Positions 1 to 11,992 of a stretch of DNA of 43,680 nt are shown one piece after another; within the stretch, counting starts at the first letter, position 1; each line of letters starts with the position of its first letter. Source of the stretch: Macrostomum lignano (taxonomy: Eukaryota); the NCBI GenBank assembly GCA_002269645.1, contig NIVC01004507.1, positions 1 through 43,680 on the forward strand. The letters are read 5' to 3'. A program made the translations under genes and the position numbers. The notes beneath the pieces are model-generated. The model saw only the letters and a list, made by a program, of their open reading frames with translations, was not told the DNA's origin and did not search any database.

Positions 1-2636
1 CTCAGAATGGGATCTGGACTGAGAATGGGATCCGGGACTCAGAATGGGATCTGTGACTGAGAATGGGATCTGTGACTAATTATAAGGGGATCTGAGACTG
101 AGAATTGGATCTGGGACTGAGAATGGGATCTGTGACTGTGAATGTGATCTGGGACTCAGAATGGGATCTGGACTGAGAATGGGATCTGTGACTGAGAATG
201 TGATCTGGGACTCAGAATGGGATCTGTGACTGAGAATGGGATCTGTGACTAATTATAAGGGGATCTGAGACTGAGAATTGGATCTGGACTGAGAATGGGA
301 TCTGTGACTGAGAATGTGATCTGGGACTCAGAATGGGATCTGTGACTGAGAATGGGATCTGTGACTAATTATAAGGGGATCTGAGACTGAGAATGGGATC
401 TGGACTGAGAATGGGATCTGTGACTAATTATAAAGGGATCTGAGACTGAGAATGGGATCTAGGACTCAGAATGGGATCTGGGACTGAGAATGGGATCCGG
501 GACTCAGAATAGGATCTGTGACTGAGAATGGGATCTGTGACTAATTATAATGGGATCTGAGACTGAGAATGGGATCTGGGACTGAGAATGGGATCTGGGA
601 CTGAGAATGAGATCCGGGACTCAGAATGGGATCTGGGGCTGAGAATGGGATCTGGGGCTGAGAATGGGATCTGTGAATAATTATAATGGGATCTGAGACT
701 GAGAATGGGATCTGGGACTGAGAATGGGATCTGTGACTAATTATAATGGGATCTGGGACTGAGAATGGGATCTGTGACTAATTAAAATGGGATCTGGGAC
801 TGAGAATGGGATCCGGGACTCAGAATGGGATCTGGGACTGAGAATGGATCTGTGACTGAGAATGTGATCTGGGACTCAGAATGGGATCTGGGACTGAGAA
901 TGGGATCCGGGACTCAGAATGGGATCTGTGACTGAGAATGGGATCTGTGACTAATTATAAGGGGATCTGAGACTGAGAATTGGATCTGGGACTGAGAATG
1001 GGATCTGTGACTGTGAATGTGATCTGGGACTCAGAATGGGATCTGGGACTGAGAATGGATCTGTGACTGAGAATGTGATCTGGGACTCAGAATGGGATCT
1101 GTGACTGAGAATGGGATCTGTGACTAATTATAAGGGGATCTGAGACTGAGAATGGGATCTGGGACTGAGAATGGGATCTGTGACTGAGAATGTGATCTGG
1201 GACTCAGAATGGGATCTGTGACTGAGAATGGATCTGTGACTAATTATAAGGGATCTGAGACTGAGAATGGGATCTGGGACTGAGAATGGGATCTGTGACT
1301 AATTATAAAGGGATCTGAGACTGAGAATGGGATCTAGGACTCAGAATGGGATCTGGGACTGAGAATGGGATCCGGGACTCAGAATAGGATCTGTGACTGA
1401 GAATGGGATCTGTGACTAATTATAATGGGATCTGAGACTGAGAATGGGATCTGGACTGAGAATGGATCTGAGACTGAGAATGGGATCTGGGACTGAGAAT
1501 GAGATCCGGGACTCAGAATGGGATCTGGGGCTGAGAATGGGATCTGGGGCTGAGAATGGGATCTGTGAATAATTATAATGGGATCTGAGACTGAGAATGG
1601 GATCTGGGACTGAGAATGGGATCTGTGACTAATTATAATGGGATCTGGGACTGAGAATGGGATCAGTGACTGAGAATGGAATCTGTGACTAATTATAATG
1701 GGATCTGCGACTGAGAATGGGATCTGGGACTGAGAATGGGATCCGGGACTCAGAATGGGATCTGTGACTGAGAATGGGATCTGTGACTAATTATAATGGG
1801 ATCTGAGACTGAGAATGGGATCTAAGACTGAGAATGGGATCTGGGACTGAGAATGGGATCCGGGACTCAGAATGGGATCTGTGACTGAGAATGGGATCTG
1901 TGACTAATTATAAGGGGATCTGAGACTGAGAATTGGATCTGGGACTGAGAATGGGATCTGTGACTGAGAATGTGATCTGGGACTCAGAATGGGATCTGGG
2001 ACTGAGAATGGGATCTGTGACTGAGAATGTGATCTGGGACTCAGAATGGGATCTGTGACTGAGAATGGGATCTGTGAATAATTATAATGGGATCTGAGAC
2101 TGAGAATGGGATCTGGGACTGAGAATGGGATCTGTGACTAATTATAATGGGATCTGGGACTGAGAATGGGATCAGTGACTGAGAATGGAATCTGTGACTA
2201 ATTATAATGGGATCTGCGACTGAGAATGGGATCTGGGACTGAGAATGGGATCCGGGACTCAGAATGGGATCTGTGACTGAGAATGGGATCTGTGACTAAT
2301 TATAATGGGATCTGAGACTGAGAATGGGATCTGGGACTGAGAATGGGATCCAGGACTGAGAATTGGATCTGTGACTGAGAATGGGATCTGTGACTAATTA
2401 TAATGGGATCTGAGACTGAGAATGGGATCTGAGACTGAGAATGGGATCTGGGACTGAGAATGGGATCCAGGACTGAGAATTGGATCTGTGACTGAGAATG
2501 GGATCTGTGACTAATTATAATGGGATCTGAGACTGAGAATGGGATCTGAGACTGAGAATGGGATCTGTGACTAATTATAATGGGATCTGAGACTGAGAAT
2601 GGGATCTGAAACTGAGAATGGGATCTGGGACTGAGA
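1..2636. repeat. Satellite/minisatellite array, 19-bp monomer (CTGAGAATGGGATCTGGGA) with a 22-bp CTAATTATAATGGG variant
   Basis: Directly visible tandem repeat running from the window edge to ~2636. ORF 2300-2770 is a repeat artefact. Confidence 0.97.
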
Positions 2637-5116
2637 ACTAAATTTAATGAGCTAAAAATCATCGTGTACACGACAAAAACCTGTTGAGCAATTCCGATCG
2701 CAGTGCCCGCGGTTTCTAATGAGCCGGTTATAATTATCACCTTTCCAAGTTCCATAATTACCAAAAGCAAGAGTTGCTAAGAATCTGAATTACGAGGGTT
2801 GTCAGGAAAGTAGTGTTACTTTTACTTGTTGCGGACGTTTGGTCAGTTGCATTGACACAAGTTTGGTGTCGTTTGAAAGTGTCGTTTGAAAGAAAATCCG
2901 ACTGCAAAAACGATGGGGCAGACCGGCAGACTTCGTGAAACGGGAAGGCTGCACGACCGAGACGTGTGCGTGGATTGATATTAGAAGACGAAAGAACTTT
3001 ATTATTTCTTCAGTTCATCTGCACCTGTCTCTGTTTTCTCTCCCTCTCTGTCCAGTTTAGTCTTGTTATTTTCTCTCTCTCCCTCGCTGCTTTCTGATTG
3101 GCTCTCCAATCTTGCCTCTTTCCTCAGTCGCGCAATCGATCCACCCCTCATTTTCTTACTTGCACTCAACCGCCCCACCCCAAGTTTAATGTCAAGGACC
3201 ACTAGAAGTTACCGTTGTATCAAGACGTCTAGTAAAATGCTGTTTTGAAGGCAAGCATCGCTAAATAGGTGTAAACAAAAGGGCCTTCAAATAATTCTGC
3301 AATATTTACGAGTGTTACGACCTGATACAATGGTAACTTCTGAGCGTAGTGGTCCTTGGACCTTGTTTAATGTCTTATAAATTTTACTCATTTGGGCCCT
3401 GCACCCACTTACTGTTTCTTTTCAACTCAAATTAGGTGTCAGATAATTACCCTCAAAAAACGTTTTATACTGCCTCATGGCAGTCGGCGGAGGACGCACT
3501 CCTCTGGCCGAGGCGAAGCCGAGATATTTTCAGAGCAGAATAGACATCGAAGAAGCAAAGAGATAAGATTTGTTGCTCGAACCTTACTGCCAGAAAGGAT
3601 TCTGCACAAAGTAATCACTTGCGAGAAGAGCTTTTAATTTGAGGCAACCGAGCCATCAAAGAAGCTTACACAGACATGCTACTTTAAAATCGAAGTTTAC
3701 CGAGCTGGGGATTTTATGAAAAGCCACTGCATCCGAGGTTCTTATGACAATGTTCAGCCCGATACAAAAGAAACGCTTATGAAATAGAGGACCAACCACT
3801 TTAAATTTATACCCTTTTGGCCGCGCCGAATAAGTCTATGGTCCAATGTACCTCGTAACAGACGTTTATTTGTCCCGGCCAAATAAACGATCCAAATAAA
3901 TAATAAGGCAAACGAATGAGCCATAAGAAAGTACTCAAAGAAATGTACATGTACAAGTAACAGATTATAATGTTTTAGAAAAGCGAGCAGTTGTTAACCA
4001 GTTTTTTGGCTTGACAGTTAAAAGTGAGTCAACGGGTCGTAACAGATCAACTCAATCAAAGTAGACAATCACCCCGCACAACTCCACATTGACCCCCTCC
4101 CCAAGTCACAGAACTCACCAGTTGTCGTGGACATCACTACCAATCACACCTTCACACCAGAGTTTCTCTTCGGACGTCGGCTCTCATTGAATTCCTCGTC
4201 CTTCCAGAGGCTCCATGGCTTTCCGCATTGGTTGAGCAAGTAGTATTGCAGCATGCTGTAATCCTTCAACGTAGAAGCACGTAGAAGTAGAATTAGTAAG
4301 CGATCACCACGTGAATTTCGGATCTCTAAGCTAAAACACTTAAGAACGTAGTTGAGATCGTTGCTCAAACTCGGATAGTCGCTTGCGGTTGCCAATGGCA
4401 AGTCACTTAAGACAGCTTAGACTTCAGCAAGACTACTAAGTGATTCAAGGCAAATAACTCGAAAATGTCACAGAAAAGGTTTAGTAGAGATTGAGACAAC
4501 TACTCGCCTCGGCCAAGAAACTAGTCCTCTGCTTTTGCTTCAGACCAAAGAAATAAATAAACGGAAATAAGTGTCATTTAATACCTACTTGACTACAAGC
4601 CAACGCGTAATAATATCAAACGCACATGTGCCGCAAAGGTTATTCCACCCTATTCGTGGTTCTTGCCAATAGCTGGTATCATCTTGATGGACTCCCCAAA
4701 CCTTTCAATGCTGTCGAGCAGCGTCAACGAACGAGCAACGGATAAATTGGATCTCACTAGAGTTTACTACAATTTTGACGACGGGTGCATCCACCCTATG
4801 AATAAAAAAGCATTCAATATTCACTTGGTGGACGCCACTCGGCTCTTAGCCCTTCAACACCCGCGACAATTAGTCGAAAAAGCTATTTTTTTAAGAAGCC
4901 GATCTCCAATCGAAGACTTGGTCAGGAATAATAACGGAATATAGACGTCCAATGGCTATACTGCAAATGCTATCGGGGGCCGCGATTGGTTAGGGCTGAC
5001 TAAAAAAAGCAATTCTAGCTTCTAAATCTTCTAAGTAGCTACGAGCGTGGTACGGATACATTCTGAATTTTAGCGGCACAAAATTTTTGAGTAAGCTTGA
5101 CTCCAGAACCATCACA

Positions 5117-5919
5117 ATGAATCTCAAACTGCTGACTGCCGCTCTGCTCCTGCAGGCCCTCGTCATCGCCGACTGCCAGGCCAGTTCGAAGAGAAACGAG
5201 TTCCGACTCGACTCAAGCGACAGCAGCTCATCGCCAGTGAGCTTCGCTTCGCGCAAGTCGGCCAGCCGGATCCACTGCTCCGGACTGTGCTCAGCCAGGT
5301 CTGGCTGCTTTGGCATCTGCTGGCTCAGCTTGCTAGAGACTGCCGGCTCTTCACGGTGTCCGCCTTCTTCAACAGGGACTCCTGGACACTGCTCACGACC
5401 GGGCGTTGCGACATCTATGCTCGCGTGGTCCAAGGTAAGTGGAAGGTGCGAGGTCACACTGAGTTTTATGCTGTTTACCAAGCACAATAAAAAACACCTA
5501 TAATTTCAAATGCAAGCATTAGAAAGATTCTGTTCACAGACTGCACTCAAAGCAGGGTTTCATCGGACCGATTTTGCAGCCGGGATATTGATGGAGACAA
5601 GCGTCAAGAATATCTTGACGGATCTTGCAGCCACACATTTAACGAGCCATCTGAGTGGTGGGAGGGCCGGCTGTCACAGCAGTCCATGGTCGCATCCGTC
5701 ACCATCTACAACAGGCAGGACTGCTGCCCTCAACGTTTGAACGACTTCCAGCTGCTGGTTGACGGAGTTGTGTGCCACGAGGTGAACATTGAGACTCCAT
5801 TCTTGGTGAAGAACCTCAGCTGCTGGCAGCTCGGCAATCGAGTTCGAGTTCTGAATCGGCAGGTCCAGGCGTTTTCCATCTGCGAGATCGAAGCATATGG
5901 CTTCTTCTATCCTGGCTGA
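5117..5919 (+). pseudogene. PAN/apple + F-type lectin gene, copy 1 (frameshifted, splice acceptor lost)
   Basis: Near-identical to the gene at 11993-13108. It has a 1-bp deletion at ~5330 (CTCAGCTTGCT vs ATCAGCTCTGCT) and the intron acceptor reads TTTCAA at 5504-5509 instead of TTTCAG. Donor GTAAGT at 5435. Exon 2 frame is still open with IDG, SCSHT, WW and YNRQDCCPQRL motifs. Confidence 0.8.
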
Positions 5920-6936
5920 TCCGGAAGCTTCAATGGAACTCTGTTAGATAGTTGACTAGCTTAATTTTCTAAGCGACATTCATTGAACAGTTTTTTTCAG
6001 AATTCAATCGTTCTAATGGTCGATAAATATACCAAAGCATGTCACAAGGATCTGAAGATTAAAGTGAAATCCCTGCTGACAAGTAAAAGCAATAATTTCA
6101 ATGACTTCGATGTTTTTATTGATTCACTGTTGACAAGTTTGCTCCCTCACAGTGGGGTGCTTTTTCTCAGTGCCAAGTTTTTTGCAGTGAAGGCAAGTGC
6201 TTGACAGCACCTTCTGAGCACACCCTTGTACAAATTTAATTGTTAGCATCAACCTTATCTGACTAAAATGTATATTATCTCGTAGCGTGTCCCCCCCCCT
6301 CGAAGCAGTCTTAGTAAGCGAGTGGTCATTTAAACTGAGCTGCAAATGAACATGCAATAGGAATGCAGACTGGGAGTTATGAGCCGCACTGTCTCAGCCC
6401 TGCATCTTGAGCCAACCTGAGTCGCAGGCGTAAAATTCTGGTTGTCTACTGCAGATTTGAATCCTCAAGGTTCGAATTAGACTTCGCCGTTCGATAAAAG
6501 CTTTCCTGACCAAATGTTTGACAATGAAGAAACGTGTGCGACTGCAATTTTGGGGTGAATTTGCGTGAATTACCCCAGGGAAAATCGACGGCTCACAGCA
6601 GGCTTATATATTTAGTTTAGCTTAAGTTGCACTGCAGTATTGACTATTATTTCAGCAGAAGAAAAGATTGAGTTGCTGAAATATGGAAATTTATGACTGT
6701 TATGACTGTGAAGGAACAAAACCCATCGTAACTGTTTCGGTCGAGTAACATTGCTCCTCAGAAAAATTCTCAAGAGTCCATTGGCTGTACGAAAACTTTG
6801 AGAAAATTTAAATTTCAAAGGTAAAAAATCAATTATTATACTCGGTTTACTCGTAGTAGCATACAAAGAATATTTCAGTCCTAATTTTATTCATAGCATG
6901 TCTAACGCTTCGAGTCTTCGAGTATTGTACTAGGAA

Positions 6937-7530
6937 GTGGCTCCTTTCATCGCAACATGGATTCCGCGTTTTGGAATACCGCTCTACGTCATCACAGATC
7001 GCGAACCACAGTCAGAGTTTGAAGAGGAGCTTTCCGACGTCTTCTCATCCACTGTTGGGCTCCACAGACTTCGCACCACGGCTTACCATCCACAGTGCAG
7101 CGAGAAAGTGGGGAGAGCCCGTCGCACTCCCAAGACGATCCTCAAGGCGCGAGGTGTTTCATGACTCGACAATCTGCCCCTAGCGTTACTTGCGATGCAC
7201 ATCGCACCGGACGATGCAGGTGTCAGCCCTTTCAGCAGACTTACCGGCGAGAACCCCATGCTCCTCGGTCAGCGCTTCGGACCCTGCAACGATTCCATTG
7301 AATGTTGAGCAACTGCTCCAACACCCGCCCAGGGCAATCCGCCGTCAAAACCACGCTCCTAAAGACCTGTGAACAACCGACAAAGTCTGAATCCGAGTGG
7401 ACAGGGTTAGAAGGCCACTGGAAGCGCCATACACAGGACCACCCAGTCAACCGACGCACGCCCAAGTTCTTCATTGTCGAGACGCGACCAAGTCAGGAAG
7501 CAATTTCCATCGACTGTCTGAAACCATGCC
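6937..7530 (+). mobile_element. Degenerate Ty3/Gypsy integrase remnant
   Basis: Translates across frameshifts to WIPRFGIP..ITDR, LRTTAYHPQ, LPLALLAM..SPF..LTGE and ISIDCLKP, typical Gypsy integrase core and C-terminal motifs. No RT or LTRs recognised. Confidence 0.85.
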
Positions 7531-8882
7531 CCTCAGCAGTCCGCAGCCAGATCACAAATAGGACCCGCCACATCGCCACCCAGCGACGGAGACACCCAGG
7601 AGTCTCATCAGGACACTGTGGCCACCGAAAACCACGAGGGAAACCAGAACCACACCAGCAGCAGCCTGCACCCCCAACACAACGGACGACCAGCAAAGAA
7701 GAACCCTTTTTCTACTTCCGACTGCTGACCTTTGCAAACTTGAATATGAACCCAACTTACCCGGCCAACCCATTTCTACATCTCGTAATTGCTGCTTATC
7801 GTTGTACATAACTTCATTGCCATAACACCACACCCACAAGTTGCTACCTGAAGTATATGTATCACCCGATACATAAGACGACTGGGTCACACCAGCAGAA
7901 CCACACCAGCAGACGACTTGTACTTAAATCCCATCTCCGTACATGTGCAGCACAAGGGCAACTTAAGTAGAAGGACGCAACACTCGAAATCTATGGTAAA
8001 TGTTTTGAAGGCAACTTTTCGCCGAAAAATACACTACAGAGATAGGAGGTTTTAATTTTTTCAGCAAAAAAATTGTTATTGCTTTTGATAGGAGACAGGT
8101 CCACTGTTCATCTTTTGATATGTTGTGCATTTTATATTTCTCTATCGATATTCATAAAGCTTTTCGTTCAGTTTTAAAGACAGGTTTCGCCGGAAAAATA
8201 CACTACGGAGATAGGAAATTTCACGATTTTCAACACTAAAGCAGTGATTGAGTCTCTTAACAGTGTCAGAGAAAGTTCTAATCACACTATTTTGTGCCTC
8301 ACAAATGATAATTCTAGCCTTTTGGGTGCAGTGAACGGTAACATCGCGAAAATATGCAGTAAATGCTTGTTGCTATGCTCCATGTCTGAAGTTAAGCTTT
8401 TTCCCACTCCGTTGCTATGCAGTTTCAGCGTCCTCATGCGACTGTCAGTCTTCATAATAGAATTATTCAGCCTCCGGACCGAGCAACAGGGCAACGGACC
8501 TGTCAATCATTACTTTATTGAGGCCACCAGCTACGAAAATTTACTTATTGCGAGTGAGCCATGCATGGCCCTAGAATGCTTCATTGTATGCGATTATACA
8601 ATGCTAAATACAGCCTTCATTGTACGCTCGTATTCTCGCGAAAACAACAAAACAAAACAAAAAGCATCCGTCTCAAAAGAATGCAGTCACTCCACCCACA
8701 CTGTTAGGTTGTCAAAATACATATTTTATGTTCAAAGCACGAATAAAGAGGCCTTCTGTACCAGCATAGCTTAAGCCTCCATAGAACCTAATAGCCACTG
8801 ACCATTGTTGCAGCAGATAGGGAACCATCAATCTTTTTAACTGTGAAATTTGGAATACTCCATTTCTGTCACCATGTCACTC

Positions 8883-9008
8883 CGGGCAGATTTAATGTTT
8901 CTTTCTAATGACTCAGGTAACAGGTGGACACTAACAGTCGTTGACATTGACACCCAGTATAAAGAAGCTCGCCTACTAAAGACAAAAAAGTCTACAAGAA
9001 GCAGTTGA
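8883..9008 (+). mobile_element. Short integrase fragment, Polinton/Maverick- or Ginger-like
   Basis: The + frame reads RADLMFLSNDSGNRWTLTVVDIDTQYKEARLLKTKKS, resembling the QADLxFL..KYxLTVVD.xSRYxxAxPLKxK start of rve integrases in Polinton-type elements. Confidence 0.6.
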
Positions 9009-9103
9009 AAATTCTGCAAGATACTCTAAGAGTATCTTAGAGTATCTTAGAGCACCCTTCAGCTATAGACAAAAGTCTCCTGCAAAAGCACAATGTAAGA
9101 TTA

Positions 9104-10009
9104 CTAATATTGGTTTTTGCATGCTAAGTGAGACATTTTTCAAGCAATCTGAGACTGAATAGCAAAAACACTATTGTCTATGGCCATCCCTCGCTGCAGC
9201 CCAGCTTTTTGGGCGCGCCTTGCAAGTAAAGTGAGAAATTTTTTCAAGCTAAGTGAGAACCAACCACCGTTCGTCGCACAGGCTGGCCAACTCTTGCTCG
9301 ACCCTGCGTCCTTCTCGTCCATAGGTTGTAGCCAGTCTCATCGATAAACACAGCCAGGTCATTCACAGGCAGTCCCGTCATCATCATAGCATAGTCGCGC
9401 CTCGCTTGTATCACATCCTGTGTATTCGCAGCAAGCCTCACGTCGGCATCCTTGGTGGCGACTTTCAGTGAGATAAGCATGGAGTTCATCGCTCTAGCAA
9501 TGGTGGATTCAGAGATAGCCGGCTTTTGTGGCAACTCCAAAGTCAGTTTTCTCTGCACATCCGTCAGAGTAACATAGGGATTTTGCTCAACTATCTGCTC
9601 AACGGCGTTCCGCATTTCAGCATCGATTTTTGTTGACCCCGGCTTGCGGCCACCGCGTTGCAACGCATGGAATTCACCAGTAGCTGCGTAGCGACTCCAT
9701 ATCCGATAGGCCGTCTTCTTGTTCAGATTAAGGATTTTGGACGCAGTCGAAATTGAGTAACCATCTTCGACGGCATTGACCAGGCGCTCTCTATCCTCGT
9801 TGCTTGTTAGACGCAGTTGATTTGCCATAGCCCAGCCTTTGTTTTCAATATGGTTCTCACTTAGCTTTAAAAAATTTCTCACTTTGCTTGCAAGGCGATC
9901 CCAAAAAACTGGGCTGCAGCGAGGGGTGGCCATAGACAATAGTGTTTTTGCTATTCAGTCTCAGATTGCTTGAAAAATGTCTCACTTAGCATGCAAAAAC
10001 CAATACTAG
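9104..10009 (-). mobile_element. IS630/Tc1/mariner-type element with 159-bp TIRs, internally deleted
   Basis: TIRs at 9104-9262 and 9851-10009 are near-perfect reverse complements. Transposase from ATG 9828 has two HTH-like regions and VFIDETGYNLWTRRTQGRA (first catalytic D), then runs directly into the left TIR. Confidence 0.88.
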
Positions 10010-10050
10010 GCTTTCGAGTGCGATAATAGTCTTGGCTCGAGTGCGCGAAG

Positions 10051-10440
10051 TTGTCAGCCTAACTGAGAATAAAGCCATCCAAAGTGAGAATCCTGCCTAC
10101 GCTGACTGCGAAGGGCCTGGCTGCGTGCAGCCTTAGTCTATGGGCCATAGACAATAAAGGACAAGCAAAGTGATAAAAAGCCATCCAATGTGAGAATCCT
10201 GCCTACGCTGAATACGAAGGGCCTGGCTGCGTGCAGCCTTAGTCTATGGGCCATAGACAATAAAGGACAAGCAAAGTTTTAAAAGACCAATCGATTCTCA
10301 CATTGGATGGCTTTTTATCACTTTGCTTGTCCTTTATTGTCTATGGCCCATAGACTAAGGCTGCACGCAGCCAGGCCCTTCGCAGTCAGCGTAGGCAGGA
10401 TTCTCACTTTGGATGGCTTTATTCTCAGTTAGGCTGACAA
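10051..10440. mobile_element. Foldback/MITE-like palindromic element
   Basis: 148-bp inverted arms (10051-10198 and 10293-10440) built from a 106-bp subunit that is also directly repeated internally. No ORF and no clear TSD. Confidence 0.85.
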
Positions 10441-10455
10441 AACCAATATTAGGCA

Positions 10456-11365
10456 TATTGTCCCATGACTGAGCGTGCGTTGAAAAAATTCTTCGTCACA
10501 GCACTGTACTTTATTATCTGCACGCTTTTTGTTCCTGCAGCTAGGAGTTCCTACCATAGACATTTTCTTAGTGACCATAGACAATTTCTTGCTATGCACA
10601 AGCTTCTGATCGTGAGTTTGGCCACATATGGATTCATTATTTCCTAACGGCATGAGAAGCGGCATGACGGCCGGTGAGATCTCCCACCATTTGGAGTGGG
10701 CCGACGTTGAGAAGCTTGTGGACGAGCAGTTACGTCTCCAATCAACTAGTGTGGACGACAACGAGGAGCTGAACCGCCTATTCGACTCCATCCCTGATTT
10801 AAACGACGACTTGGCCTCGATCGACCTTGACGCATCAATCCGGGCGCTGGAGCAAGAGACCGATGTCAAATCGTCTAAGAAGCATGAGACCAATACGTCG
10901 CGAAATTTCGCGATTTCTTGGCCAAGTATCCGCACCTGCGCGTCGATTTGGACACCTCGCAACCTGAGGAGCTGAGCGTTGGCCTGCGCTACTTTTACGG
11001 CACTCTTCGCAAGACTGATGGCCAGCCGTATGCTCCTAGCAGCTCCTATGCTCCGGCTGCAAGTTTGGACGCATCTAAGATCTTCGTCGACCTTTCTGCT
11101 GTCATCTGTTTTACTGCTGACTTTTTGTTTCTGTGCATCGGTGTTAAATTCTGCTGTGTTTTTCTCCTTTGTTTTAATAAACGTTGCTTGCAAACTGCTG
11201 TTTTTTGTGGCGCTGTACGCTATTATCTGCACGCTTTTTCATTATCTGCACGCTTTTTTCATTATCTGCACGCTTTTTTGGCTACGCCGCATAGGGTTGG
11301 GCCATAGACTGTAAGATTAATGCACGCTTTTTGACCAAAAACGCACGCTCAGTCATGGGACAATA
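10456..11365 (+). mobile_element. Non-autonomous Crypton-derived element with 26-bp TIRs
   Basis: TIR TATTGTCCCATGACTGAGCGTGCGTT at 10456-10481 and its reverse complement at 11340-11365. The internal frameshifted ORF (10628-~11080) contains EELSVGLRYFYGTLRKTDGQPYAPSS, matching the LxxFYxxxRKxDGxxYxxxS motif of Crypton/KCTD1/ZMYM/QRICH1-type proteins. The catalytic recombinase domain is absent. Confidence 0.72.
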
Positions 11366-11835
11366 CAAAAATGCTTTGTGGCAGAGTGGAACAACATAGG
11401 GACCAAGCCTATGTAGAAAGAGTATTCAACCGAATAATTAACAATTCAATGATTAAGTCGGAATCGGGTCACGCAGCATCACGGATGAAAATTCAGACAG
11501 TTTTTTTACTTTTGTCAAAAAAAGTCAAAAGTCAAACCCTTCGCAGCTCCTATCCTTAATCATTGCAGGCGCTCTAGGAACCGCAGGCAGAGTAAACTGG
11601 AAGCGGTGGCATCTGCAGTTAAAGACAGGAACGATAGAGCATACCAGCTAGAAATTGAAAAGATTCCAAGAGACAATGGGGTCACAACAAAAGCATAAAA
11701 GGGATTCAAAGTTGCAAAACTGAAGCATTACGTACTAGCGTGCGGGGAAGGATTTACAAATGAGCATGAACGGCTCAACTATGCTCATTGTTATTGAAAA
11801 CAGTGGCTTGTCGATTGAGCTATTAAAATAGGCGG

Positions 11836-11877
11836 CTGCGATTGGTCAGCCACAATCGATCCTATCGACTATTTAAG
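11836..11877 (+). promoter_or_regulatory. Candidate promoter of the intact lectin gene (inverted CCAAT box + TATA-like TATTTAA)
   Basis: GCGATTGGT around 11838-11846, also present upstream of copy 1 at ~4982-4990. TATTTAA at 11870-11876, about 120 nt before the ATG. Confidence 0.35.
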
Positions 11878-11992
11878 TCTCTTCCGAGCCTGACGAAGTA
11901 TGACGGACAGACATCTGCACAGTGGAAAGTTGTTGCTAGCAATTCTACGAGTAATTATTGCGAGACTACCAATAGCTAAAAATATTGAAAGA

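Noticed and set aside
2300-2770. 156-aa minus-strand ORF
   Set aside because: Mostly translation of the 19-bp satellite.
6612-6866. Minus-strand ORF with LRWVLFLHSHNSH, faintly like an integrase zinc finger
   Set aside because: Opposite strand to the adjacent Gypsy integrase core and lacks the CxxC half.
8244-8774. 176-aa plus-strand ORF
   Set aside because: No recognisable domain, splice context or coding-like composition.
10429-11232. 267-aa minus-strand ORF
   Set aside because: Antisense shadow of the Crypton-like coding remnant.
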